DNA from: a virus
Strand: one strand, 5' to 3'
Length of the DNA: 64,000 nucleotides
IMG/VR virus record: IMGVR_UViG_3300025273_000046
Position numbers and translations under genes: made by a program. The notes under the pieces were generated by a model. The model saw only the letters and a list, made by a program, of their open reading frames with translations, made no database searches and was not told the origin of the DNA. The first letter of the stretch is position 1, and each line of letters begins with the position of its first letter. This document shows positions 10,718-20,400 of this stretch, piece after piece.

Positions 10718-10895
10718 CCTGAAAATTAAACGGGGGTGCTCTGACCGGCCTGAGCTACCTCGAAAGGAAGGGATTCGAACCCCTGACCTCCCCCGCCACG
10801 TTGCGCTACCAGACTGCGCTACCGTCCTAAGACGAGCCGGATTCGAACCGGCGACCACCGTGCCCTTGAATTTACACTCAATCACTTTCGTCAGG
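10718..10895 (-). ncRNA. Y-RNA (YrlA)-like ncRNA with two tandem circularly permuted tRNA-like modules
   Basis: Module 1 (10862-10797): CACGG-TGGTC-GCCGG TTCGAAT CCGGC-TCGTCTT/AGGACGG-TA-GCGC AGTCTGGTA GCGC-A-ACGTG. Module 2 (10795-10731): CGGGGG-AGGTC-AGGGG TTCGAAT CCCTT-CCT TTCG AGG-TA-GCTC AGGCCGGTCA GAGC-A-CCCCCG. Basal stem CCTGA(CG)AAA..TTGAG / TTTAA-TTT-TCAGG. All helices were checked by eye; expression is unproven. Confidence 0.8.
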
Positions 10896-13469
10896 TTAAG
10901 CCACCTGCGGCAGGTAGGGATGGTTGACATCCCGGGCCGACAGGTTGGGCCTGATGACGTTATCGTAGTCCACGTCCTGAACGGCAACAGCAGCGTCAAT
11001 GGCAGCGGCGGCGATGACGCCAGCCGCCTCTCCCTTGAGGCCACCCGTAAGCTCCAGCCGCTCCATGAACCATGCAATCTTCGTGCTGGACGATGCCCAG
11101 GGGATGATCACATTCTTCTTACGCGCCTTGTCTGGCACGATAGCTTCCAGAGGGATAGGTGCCATCTTGTCAACACCAGCTACGACCTCGGGGACACCCC
11201 CTTGGCTGTAGAGCAGGCCGCCAGAGACGACCTTCCAGGGGCGGTGCCTATCGCTGTCGTAGGAGGTAACCGCCACGGTCTTGAGGGACCTTGGTGCGGT
11301 GCCATCCGTGCGAGCGTAGTCGGAACCACTGGACACGTAGCCGTCATTCTTCAACTGCCACACGGGGTCACGCTGGTACGGCCTGGAGGGCACGAACAGC
11401 AGCTCTCCCGGTCCAGCATCCAGGAAGCTTGCGGCATCCGGCTGGAGGGCTCGGAACTGAGTGACCAGCGTCGAGGGGATGCGGCTGTCTCCCGAGTAGG
11501 AGTGCCAATCCCACCAACCAAGCTGGTAGTCCCTGATGTCGTCGGCCACCGCATGCTGGCCTGCGCGGTCAGCCGCGTGGGCGTAGTTGTAGCCGCTGCT
11601 ACCAAGGTCCGTCGAGAGACCCCCGGAGCCATTGTTCACGTCCACGATGCCAGCCGTCGGGCCGACCACGAACTGAAGGATGGTCTGGGTGTTGGACGGG
11701 TCGGAGATGGTAACATCCGTCTTCTGGACGTAGAGGCGAGCACAGGTCTCGTACCTCAAGGCATTCCTGTTGCGGCCCGGATCGAACTGCGAGAGGTAGG
11801 CCTTACGGGTCTCGATGGTCGTCATTGCCCAGCGGAAGTTCATCGACTCCAGCGACGGGTCAGGGCCGTTCAGGGTCAGCCCTGGGAGGGGCAGAGTGCC
11901 CTGGATATCAGGCAGGAGGCCCGATGCTGGGTTGCCCGCCACGATGTAAGGGTCGATGTCGTAGGTGGTGTACGGCTTGAGTATCTGGGTTGCTCCCAGG
12001 TAGCCGTTGTACTGCTCGGAGCCGGCGCCAGAAGCTTCGGACCCAATGATGTACGGGAGGCCAGACTTGTAGACATATTCACCATCGTAGTCTGCCCCGA
12101 TGAAGATAGAGCCGGTGAACTCTCTGCCGTCATTGGTGACCAGGACCTGATCCACGTCGCCAGCCACGTTGGTCTTGATCTGGGCGATGCCAGTCGAGAA
12201 GTAGACGGGGATGTCCTGCCCGAGGATGAGCGCACCGTTGGTCTTCGTGGGGTCCAGCATGCGGCGGACGCCCTGTTGGAACACACGGCTCTCCAGGGAG
12301 TTGGTCGCTTGGTTGTTCGCGTCGGCTCGCCCATAGATGGCTGTGTTGGCCCAGGAGGTGAGGTCCCTCCATAGACCCTTACACGCAGTGAAGGCGTAGC
12401 AGTCCATGTAGGCGAGGCCCTGCGTCGGCATACCGGCGACACCCCAGTCCGTCTTCACGAAGTCGTCGCACACGATGCAAACCGTCTTGCCTGCCTGCTT
12501 GGCGGCATAGGCTGCACAGACTGCGGTCCAGCTACCACCGTAGACAACCACGTCGTACGAGAGGTACTGAGGCGCGTAGCCTGCCTCATAGACATCCATG
12601 AAGCCGAAGCGGCCCTTCTCGTAGAAATCCAAGAGGGCCGCGCTGATGCGTATCCGCTGCGCCGGCGTGAGTTTGACCTTGAAGATGGCGAAGAGGCCGC
12701 AGTCATGCGACGACACGGCGCCACCATTGATGCCACCGAGGTGGATTGTGGGGTTGGTCGATGGGGCAACGTAGGTGACCGAGGGCGTCTCGCGCGAGAA
12801 ACCGAACGTGTCTATGGAGTCGGACGTAATGCAGTGCATTCCCTGGCCGAGGAAAGCTGTTGAGGTGGATGCGTAATTGGCGCTCTGAAACCGGCCATTG
12901 AACTTGTTGCTGGCATCACGGACATTCGCCGCGATGCCGTCGCCAGAAGCCGTTTGAGCGCCGAAATCACCACCTGACGCGCCAGCGACGGTCCTGGAAT
13001 AATAAAAGATGGTGAATTCGCCCTGGGTGAAGGTCTGAAGCCCTATCCCGGTATTGTACTTCGCGGTACTCGACCAGCCGCCCCACCGATCATTGGCCGT
13101 AAAGGTGGGCGTGCCCGCCCCCGTAAGTGTCAGGTCATTGGTGCCTGGGTGGAATAGATTGAGCCGAGACGTTGGTTCCGTGGTCGCGAACGAGGCGGAG
13201 TACAGGGACAAAGCGTCGGACATGGAGGCCCCCGCATCCTTGATGATGCGGACGAGCCTGTCATAGTGGTACTTCTGGCGGCGCGACATGGTGACGCCCT
13301 GGCCTGCGCGAGCGGCTTCCAGGGCGGTTGTCTCTGATTGGAATGTGAAATTTGGCAGCGACGGCGTGCCGCCGCCTCCGCTGCGCGAAAATGGTCGGCG
13401 ATCGACGGTCTTGTTGACCGTCTTCGCCAGCCCGCGAATATTGGCAAGTCTCGTCGCAACGCCGGCCAT
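10896..13469 (-). CDS. Fusion of an N-terminal phage-type domain and a FAD-dependent oxidoreductase-like domain
   Basis: C-terminal ~550 aa carry YDVVVYGG..TAVCAAYAAKQAGK, IGADYDGE...YIIGSE, TSYDSDRH and IPLEAIVP...RLE..G..GEAAG..AA...VQDVDY, all matching that family's motifs. Confidence 0.8.
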   Translation of the reverse strand: MAGVATRLANIRGLAKTVNKTVDRRPFSRSGGGGTPSLPNFTFQSETTALEAARAGQGVTMSRRQKYHYDRLVRIIKDAGASMSDALSLYSASFATTEPTSRLNLFHPGTNDLTLTGAGTPTFTANDRWGGWSSTAKYNTGIGLQTFTQGEFTIFYYSRTVAGASGGDFGAQTASGDGIAANVRDASNKFNGRFQSANYASTSTAFLGQGMHCITSDSIDTFGFSRETPSVTYVAPSTNPTIHLGGINGGAVSSHDCGLFAIFKVKLTPAQRIRISAALLDFYEKGRFGFMDVYEAGYAPQYLSYDVVVYGGSWTAVCAAYAAKQAGKTVCIVCDDFVKTDWGVAGMPTQGLAYMDCYAFTACKGLWRDLTSWANTAIYGRADANNQATNSLESRVFQQGVRRMLDPTKTNGALILGQDIPVYFSTGIAQIKTNVAGDVDQVLVTNDGREFTGSIFIGADYDGEYVYKSGLPYIIGSEASGAGSEQYNGYLGATQILKPYTTYDIDPYIVAGNPASGLLPDIQGTLPLPGLTLNGPDPSLESMNFRWAMTTIETRKAYLSQFDPGRNRNALRYETCARLYVQKTDVTISDPSNTQTILQFVVGPTAGIVDVNNGSGGLSTDLGSSGYNYAHAADRAGQHAVADDIRDYQLGWWDWHSYSGDSRIPSTLVTQFRALQPDAASFLDAGPGELLFVPSRPYQRDPVWQLKNDGYVSSGSDYARTDGTAPRSLKTVAVTSYDSDRHRPWKVVSGGLLYSQGGVPEVVAGVDKMAPIPLEAIVPDKARKKNVIIPWASSSTKIAWFMERLELTGGLKGEAAGVIAAAAIDAAVAVQDVDYDNVIRPNLSARDVNHPYLPQVA

Positions 13470-13470
13470 G

Positions 13471-13803
13471 TTAGGCGCTCACCACATTGCACTTCCAGCC
13501 GGCCTGGGCTGGGATGTCCTTTTCCTCGCTCGCCACGTGATGCGATCTCGCGGTATTCTGCGCAGATCCGATCGCCACGCTGGCATCTGGAGCCAGCCCG
13601 GCCGCCGAGAACATTTCGCCGCTGGCGGGCGCACGGACACGAAACACCAGCGAAGCCGCATCTTCAGGCGCCGCAAGCGTCGGCGCGACCTGCGTCGTGC
13701 TCGATGCAAGCGCGATCGTCTCCGACCAGATCGGGAAGAACAATTTGGCCCCGCGGACATCCTTGACGTAGCCGCATTGCACATGAGCACCGGTGATAGC
13801 CAT
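13471..13803 (-). CDS. Hypothetical phage protein
   Basis: 110 aa, SD GGAG upstream, stop 1 nt before the next start. Confidence 0.75.
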   Translation of the reverse strand: MAITGAHVQCGYVKDVRGAKLFFPIWSETIALASSTTQVAPTLAAPEDAASLVFRVRAPASGEMFSAAGLAPDASVAIGSAQNTARSHHVASEEKDIPAQAGWKCNVVSA

Positions 13804-13864
13804 GCTTCAGTCTCCTGGTTTCGATTTGGATTTCAGTTGTGGCGATATCGCCCGCGCGGCCCGA

Positions 13865-14179
13865 TCAGCTCGCGTCGTAAAAGGCCGCGCAGCGCTGCTT
13901 CACGGCATCCTCGACATCGGCGAGGTATTCCCAGCGCAACTGGGTCGCTCTGTATTTCTCGTTGACCTGCGGATAGGCCCGGCCCATCTCGGTGCGGCAT
14001 TCAGCCGGCAGTTCCGGCTTCTGCGGACGCACGGCCAGCCGGCCGACGGCCGCGGCGGCCTTATCGGCCCGGGCTTGCCTTTCTTCCTCTGTGGTCTTGC
14101 ATCCAGCGCTGGTCAACATCAGTCCAACGGCCGCCATCGTCGCCAACATCCTCGGCGATCGCACGCTCAAGCTTTTCAT
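13865..14179 (-). CDS. Putative o-spanin (lipoprotein)
   Basis: Signal peptide with lipobox LMLTSAG-C; overlaps the 3' end of the i-spanin; position after the endolysin and holin. Confidence 0.75.
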   Translation of the reverse strand: MKSLSVRSPRMLATMAAVGLMLTSAGCKTTEEERQARADKAAAAVGRLAVRPQKPELPAECRTEMGRAYPQVNEKYRATQLRWEYLADVEDAVKQRCAAFYDAS

Positions 14180-14579
14180 GTGCCACCTGTAGTGATTGCT
14201 GGTCGGCCCGCGCCCGCTTCCGGTAATCCTCGAGCACCTGTGCCGCCGCGTTGCGCTGGCGCTCCAACTCGGCGATTTCGGCCTTCGCCGCTGCCAGCTC
14301 GTAGCCGGAAACCATCTTTTCCAGCTTTCCGTCGCAGACCGCCTTTGCCGCGGCCGTCGCGATCTTCACCTGTTCGGCCGCGTAGGTCTTCACCCGGCCG
14401 GCCGTGAGATCGCCGATGACAGGCACGTCGACGAGCCCGAAGCCGCCGACCAGCGGCACGGCGTCCGGGATTCGGATGCGGGCAGCACCGGGAATGCCTT
14501 CCTCGTAGAGCAGCAGCCCAACGAAGAGCACACCGCCGATCCCGATAAGGCGCGCTATGGCGGCGAGAACAGCACTCAT
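14061..14579 (-). CDS. Putative i-spanin
   Basis: N-terminal TM followed by a long coiled coil. Confidence 0.7.
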   Translation of the reverse strand: MSAVLAAIARLIGIGGVLFVGLLLYEEGIPGAARIRIPDAVPLVGGFGLVDVPVIGDLTAGRVKTYAAEQVKIATAAAKAVCDGKLEKMVSGYELAAAKAEIAELERQRNAAAQVLEDYRKRARADQQSLQVAHEKLERAIAEDVGDDGGRWTDVDQRWMQDHRGRKASPGR

Positions 14580-14929
14580 CAGCGCACTCCTTGATCGCGG
14601 ACGTCATAGGGTTCGGCCGGCGGAGCATACGGCTCCGGTCCAATCGGCTCGCCATCGACAGCTACCGGTGGCGTGGCGTAGGGAAGCCCAGTTCGGGTCG
14701 CGAAGATCGCCGCGATATCCTGGGCGGTCGCAAAGCCGGTGTAAAAGAACACCGACGCGATGATGTTCACGATCAGGCCCCATGCGATCGTCTCGTTTAC
14801 CCGCGTATCCTGAGAACCGATCAGCACGTAGATGAACCAGAATGAGATGATGAGGTTCGGGAAGATCGCTGCCTTCCGCCACTGCCAGCCTGGTTCGCCG
14901 CTGGGCTTGGCTTCTGCCCGGCGAGACAT
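14579..14929 (-). CDS. Putative holin
   Basis: Two TM helices, 116 aa, located between the endolysin and spanins. Confidence 0.6.
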   Translation of the reverse strand: MSRRAEAKPSGEPGWQWRKAAIFPNLIISFWFIYVLIGSQDTRVNETIAWGLIVNIIASVFFYTGFATAQDIAAIFATRTGLPYATPPVAVDGEPIGPEPYAPPAEPYDVRDQGVR

Positions 14930-15582
14930 CAGGCGGCATCCTGCAGGGCGGCGTCGAAGAGCTTGCCATACCGAGCGATATCGGCAGCACGATCGAGGCT
15001 ATTGATAATCTTGCGAGCGTTCACCCAATCCGATGAACCGCTGGTGAAAAAGTCGCGCAGCGCCTTCCCGGTGAACAGGCCATCTCGCATGCCGACGACA
15101 ATGATCTTGCCGGCGATGTCAGGATGCAGCGCGAGATCCGGATTGCCGACGAGATCGACCCCAAGCAACCGCGCGAACTTGGCATAGTTGTCGTGGCCTG
15201 TAATCTGGCATAAGCCGCGGCCACGGAATCTCCACCCATCGCCTGAAGCCTCATCCCCGTTCCCCATGCGGTTGGCATAGGCGCGGTTGGCGATGCGCTG
15301 GGGCTGCTTGGCATAGGCTGCCGCGTCTTTATTGGAGAAGTATTTGCCGAACGTCCTGACGAGGCCCTGAGCGCTGTAGTTCAGGTTTTCAACGATCGGC
15401 AGATATGTACCGCCCGTCTCGATCATCGGCGTGGCGAGGATGTAGGCGACGTGGCGCTGATCTGCGACTTGCTCGGTTGCACACCCATCAAGGATAGCTT
15501 CGATGCCGGCGACCTGAGACTGGGCCAGCGATCCGCCGAACACAGAGGTTCGGACAGCCGCAAAGAATTGCGATCGGTTCAT
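14929..15582 (-). CDS. Endolysin, GH19 (chitinase/lysozyme-like)
   Basis: YILAT..IETGG, GDGWRFRGRGLCQITGHDNY and ARKIIN motifs. Confidence 0.9.
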   Translation of the reverse strand: MNRSQFFAAVRTSVFGGSLAQSQVAGIEAILDGCATEQVADQRHVAYILATPMIETGGTYLPIVENLNYSAQGLVRTFGKYFSNKDAAAYAKQPQRIANRAYANRMGNGDEASGDGWRFRGRGLCQITGHDNYAKFARLLGVDLVGNPDLALHPDIAGKIIVVGMRDGLFTGKALRDFFTSGSSDWVNARKIINSLDRAADIARYGKLFDAALQDAA

Positions 15583-15752
15583 GGATGTCTCCAGATTGCG
15601 GGGAATAGGGAAAAGACGCTAAAGCGAAATAAAATTGGTTAAAGCACTCGCCCCAACTATGAGACGAGCATTTAAGTCTCCGATCTCGGAATTAATCACC
15701 GTGAGATTGCAGAGATGAAAAAGGTGTCCTATACGTCGAGTGATCATAGGAG

Positions 15753-16055
15753 ATGCCGATGACCACTCTGGCGAACAATACAGACGAACCGATCGGAGAC
15801 GACCACCTAGACGCCCTGCTGGCGTTTGGCAGCGAGTACTTCCTGCGGCTCATGAGAAGCGTAGGTTACGCGTTTCTAGCCACGGTCCTCATCTACGCGA
15901 GCAACTATGAACTCAACCAGCCGAAGCTGGTCATTCTTGCTATCGGGTCATTCGGATTGTTTGCTGGCAGTGCTCGCATAGGCCAGATAGGCCTTGGAAT
16001 TCTGATGGTGCTAGCGACCGTGCCAAAAGAAGTACTCTTGCCGATGCTCAACTAG
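15753..16055 (+). CDS. Small membrane protein (moron)
   Basis: About three TM segments; antisense to the late operon; AT-rich upstream region; SD AGGAG. Confidence 0.7.
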   Translation: MPMTTLANNTDEPIGDDHLDALLAFGSEYFLRLMRSVGYAFLATVLIYASNYELNQPKLVILAIGSFGLFAGSARIGQIGLGILMVLATVPKEVLLPMLN

Positions 16056-16058
16056 CCG

Positions 16059-16418
16059 TTACGGCCAGACTATTTCAGGAAGCTCCAGCAGAAACTCGGC
16101 CACAGTGGGCTTTTCACGTTTCCCCGCCTGCACCTTGGAGAGTTCAGAATAGGCGTACTGCCAAACATCATCTCGCCATGCGACGAAAGCCAGTGCTTGC
16201 GCGGCCCAAGGTTCGACGGTGGATGCGATGTAGGAGGCCATTGTCACGCCATCATTGAAGAGTTTTGAACGGGCTGTTCCATCAATCGTGCCCTGGATGG
16301 CAGTTTGGTAGTCGGCCACCTGCGGCTGGCTGAGGGCCGCGACCGAGGCGAGGAATTCAGCCTCTTCTGCCACGGTCATCTCGATTTCAACGCCATTTAT
16401 GTTTTTGAACATGGTCAT
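16059..16418 (-). CDS. Tail fibre assembly-like protein
   Basis: Position after the fibre gene; ALAFVAWRDDVW motif typical of such proteins. Confidence 0.6.
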   Translation of the reverse strand: MTMFKNINGVEIEMTVAEEAEFLASVAALSQPQVADYQTAIQGTIDGTARSKLFNDGVTMASYIASTVEPWAAQALAFVAWRDDVWQYAYSELSKVQAGKREKPTVAEFLLELPEIVWP

Positions 16419-17443
16419 CCTCTAATGCCATCAACAGTAACAAAACCGGCTAGCGTGACGGAACTGCCGGGGGTGATCTGAAGGGCGTTTCTAGCAGTGC
16501 CGGATGATCTCTGGCCGCCGTTGTTTTCCGACGTGACGCCGGAGGGGGAGACATTTGTATAAACCCTTGATGTCGCGTGCATATTGTTGCCGGATGCGTT
16601 GAAATTGAAAAGAATTGTTTCGAATGACACAGCGAGTAGCGTCTGCCTCGTGATCGCTAAAGCTGTATCTGTGATACTGGAGGCAGCAACCGACCCAGCT
16701 GAGCCAACCAGTGTTTGGATGGTGTAATCACCGGCTCCCGAATCATAGGATAAGCCATTGTTGGTGCTGGACCTGATGAACATACCTGCCGACGCCGCAG
16801 ATGGAACGAGCGAACCTACTACCCGCAGCATCCTATAAGAGCCCAGGTCTGTAACGCCGAGAGAGCCGGCGGCAGACAGTGTGTAATGGCCGATCGATTC
16901 CCAGCTAAACGGCTTTATGACGGTGAAGAAATTCGATCCATCGCAGATGATTTTCGCGGACGCCCCGAGGGGGACAACGAGCGTGGCAAGTCCGTTGATC
17001 GTTTCCGAACCGTTTGGGTCGATCGTGACGGGGCCGCCATACGCCATAATGTCCAACGGGTAACCACTACCAAGTGTCGCCGCCGTCGCAAGCGAGAGTG
17101 TCGCGGCGGCGGTGAACCGGATCGTCGTACCTGCGTCGGCAGCTACGGCGGTGTAGTTGCCGCTCTTAGTGAGGTACTCCGTACTGTGGTTGTACCTGAT
17201 GGCACCCGTAGCGGTATCGATCGTCTTGATGAGGCGATCACTTGCCCCATCAAACACGTAGAATTCCATAATCCCCGCAGTCGCTGTCGATACCCATTCG
17301 GTGCCGGCGACTGCATAGGCAGGGCGAACGGATCCTGAATGCGAACTCAGAAGCGCATCCAGGCTTTCGTCCATCCTGCCGGCCATTGCCGTCGGCGTTG
17401 CTGGACCTATGAGCGGCACGCTCCAGTTAGTTGCTTGGCTCAT
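16415..17443 (-). CDS. Tail fibre / receptor-binding protein
   Basis: N-terminal ALLSSHSG..RPAYAVAGT.W anchor, KSGNYTAVAADAG repeat, Ser/Thr/Gly-rich C-terminus. Confidence 0.75.
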   Translation of the reverse strand: MSQATNWSVPLIGPATPTAMAGRMDESLDALLSSHSGSVRPAYAVAGTEWVSTATAGIMEFYVFDGASDRLIKTIDTATGAIRYNHSTEYLTKSGNYTAVAADAGTTIRFTAAATLSLATAATLGSGYPLDIMAYGGPVTIDPNGSETINGLATLVVPLGASAKIICDGSNFFTVIKPFSWESIGHYTLSAAGSLGVTDLGSYRMLRVVGSLVPSAASAGMFIRSSTNNGLSYDSGAGDYTIQTLVGSAGSVAASSITDTALAITRQTLLAVSFETILFNFNASGNNMHATSRVYTNVSPSGVTSENNGGQRSSGTARNALQITPGSSVTLAGFVTVDGIRG

Positions 17444-20400
17444 TGAATGGCTCCGTATCCTTTTGCAACGTAATCGAACGTTCGGGATATTGATGTCCCG
17501 GCCGCGTTCTTGAACTCCATGTGGAATCCGGCCTCGTTTTTAGCCGTGATCAGGTAATAATCGCCAGTCGCGAGGCCCTGCGCGGCGATCGAGACGCCCT
17601 GCAGGTGCTTGTAGGCAGGATCAAACGACACGGTCAGCCCGCCAGGCGGAACGGCGATGTCATTGCCGGCCGCGACTCTGTCAGGCATGTCGATCGAGAC
17701 GCCCATGGAGGTCACGATCGGCGTTAGGTCATCCTGCAAGGTCTCAAGCCTTGCGCGGAACCTATACCCTCTGGCGGCTATGTCTCCGGTCACGAATGGG
17801 GTCCAATTCGACCATGTCGGCGATCCGGACGGATCGTCATCTGTGATCGACATCTCTAGAAGAGTATTCCAAAGACTGCCGACATCACCAAAGAAGTCGG
17901 CCCGACCGAATGCGTCTTCAAGTGAAAAGAAGTCGTCACTAGACCACTCACCGGAAGCATTGATCGCCGACGAGACGCGAGAGGTGTAGGTGTCACCAAG
18001 GTCGATGACGTCCTCAAAGTAGTAGTAGCCAAACGGCAGATACCCCTCCGTAGATAGAAAGAAATCGGCCGGGTCGAAAAAGTCGGCGAGATCGAAAAAG
18101 TCGGAGCTTACATCGAGCCGCAGAGTGCTGCCGTCGAAATAGGTTCCGTCTTTGACGCCAGGGAATGGCGCCACTTCGTTTGCATCCTCGACCGCGTTGA
18201 AGCTTGTCAGTCCGTCAATCGTGTTGACAATGATTGTCGGGTTGGGTGACCGAAGCCCAGAAAAGCTAACAGCCTTGATCAGGTACGTGCCGCGCAACGG
18301 CGGCAGTTGCACCTGCTGTCCGACAATTGGCGACCGCAACAGAGACGCGGTTTGCCACGTCACCAGCGGCGACGGAACAGGCGAGTACCTGATCTCGTAG
18401 TGAGAGATGCCAGTCTCTGCGGCAATCGGGTCCCACTGAAAGGTTGCCGAGTCACCGGTTACCGCAATCTTGAAGCCAGTTACATCTGGAGGGGGGGTCG
18501 CGAATATTATCGCGCTGACAACACCGTACAGCCATCCCGACAACTGGTCGTTGGCAAAAACAGCGCGCACCCTGACATCGTAAGCCCCGGCTGGCAGATC
18601 TACCAGATCGGCGTAAGCAACGGTCACCTGATTGATCGGATACCAAAGGCCGGAACCCTTGGGTGCGTACTGGACTATGTAGCTAGTAACCTTGCCACCC
18701 TGGGGTGCCTGCCACGAGATGCGGACAGCAGAAGTTGGCGGATTGGTGGTCCAGATGCTCTCTACCGACGCAAGCCCAGTCGGCTTCAATGAGCGATAGT
18801 CCACCAGGGCTGGAATGCCTGTCTGGAACGGTGGGATGGTCCCGGTGTCAGCCGTCAAGATCGCCGGAGCATCATCGACGAGTTCCAGTTTTGCCGACAG
18901 GTCAGATTGAGGCATGATGCTCTTGACGCGAAGAACGACACTCTCCGTGCCATTCTCGCCGAACTGCACCAGATCCCCAACCCCAGGCAACGCGCCCGTG
19001 TCGGAGAAGGTGAAGTTGGTGAATTCACCATCGACACCTACCACGGTGCGAACCAGTGACGTTCCGTCAGTCAGCCTGAACCGCATCGAGTATGTCTTGC
19101 CGCTCTCCATCGAGAACGTATCGTCGAGCGTGACGCCGCCCGCAGAGACCGCCTTGACGCGCGCCGCTCCGAGGCCCCACAACACAACGTCATGATTGAC
19201 GCGGACGCGATCGCCTCTGGTGCAAACCAGATGCTCGAAGTCGGTCATCAGCGAATAAGATTCTCGCTGAAGGCGAAGTTGCGCGATCTGATAACGTCCG
19301 TGACGCCAGATCAGTTTGGTGTCCGTAACGCCAGGGAAATCGAGCCCTTCAAACTTGGTCGCATTAGCTGCTGTGTATCCATCGTCATAAACAACCCGCT
19401 CATCATTGAGATAGTTGTTGTCCCGATTGATGAAGTTCACGCGGAAGCCGTGTGGCATATCCGCGTATGCCCTTGTCGAAGAGAACCCGGACGAATTGCG
19501 CGGCGTGAAATGCTGTACAATGTCGGACCCCGCGACATCCCAAACAATACCCCACTTGCCATCCCGGAATGAAACGGAAGCTCGACCCGCTGCGGCGATT
19601 TGCGTAAGTCGGTCGTAGACCGACACTTGATCGGCCGCCACCAGATCGAACGTGAAGCCCTGCGTCGCGCAGTATGCGTGCCAATCCTGAATGCTCTCCA
19701 GGTCAATGGATGCATCCGCAACAGGACGAGCGTTTGCGTTACCTTGCAGAACCTGCCTGAAGTGATCGGCTGGGTTGCGTGTGGTCTGGTTGAACACCCA
19801 TGTGGCGCCATTCCATGACCTGATACGCGGGCTGACGATGCAGTTAAGCTGGCTGATCGTCCCGTTGAGCTCGTTGGTGGCCTTGATCCTCAAGGCGATC
19901 AGTGTCAGCGGCTTACTGAAGCTGATAACCGGCTCATTGCGGCGGCCACGAACAGCTGTCCAATAGGCCGTTTCAGAAACGGTATCGCCACCAACGTAAT
20001 CTGGCGATGATTTCCAAAGGCGCACATCATACTGGCCACGCGCCACCGCTACGGAGCGCGACTGCCTAACCGCTTGCGCGGAGGCCGCCAATACGGAAAT
20101 CTGCCCCATTGACACCCACGAACCAGTCCCCGCCGGGGCGTACTGCACCTCAATGTTGACGTTGTAGTTGACGCGATTGCCGTCTTTCTTCCTGTATCGA
20201 TAGACTCCGTTTGGAAAGCTGACGTCGACGGATATTTCGTCAATATTGTCGGCTGTCGTGCGCTGAATCCATCCACTGGGATTGTCGAGCAGGACGGAAA
20301 CGCTCTCCTCGTACACCGGCTTGGTGTAAAGCGTCGGAGACTGCGTCAGGTGATTCGTGATGATCTCATAGGAGGCTTCTTCGAACGTGCTGATCGGCGT

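Noticed and set aside
10761-10828. Apparent ordinary tRNA (D arm TAGCGCAGTCTGGTAGCGCA plus T arm) on the minus strand
   Set aside because: Read linearly it has no pairing anticodon arm, a D-to-T spacing 5 nt too short and a poor acceptor stem. The D arm pairs with the upstream module and the T arm with the downstream one, so it was reinterpreted as permuted modules.
10860-12374. 504-aa plus-strand ORF
   Set aside because: Antisense shadow of the high-GC3 oxidoreductase-like gene; no recognisable motifs.
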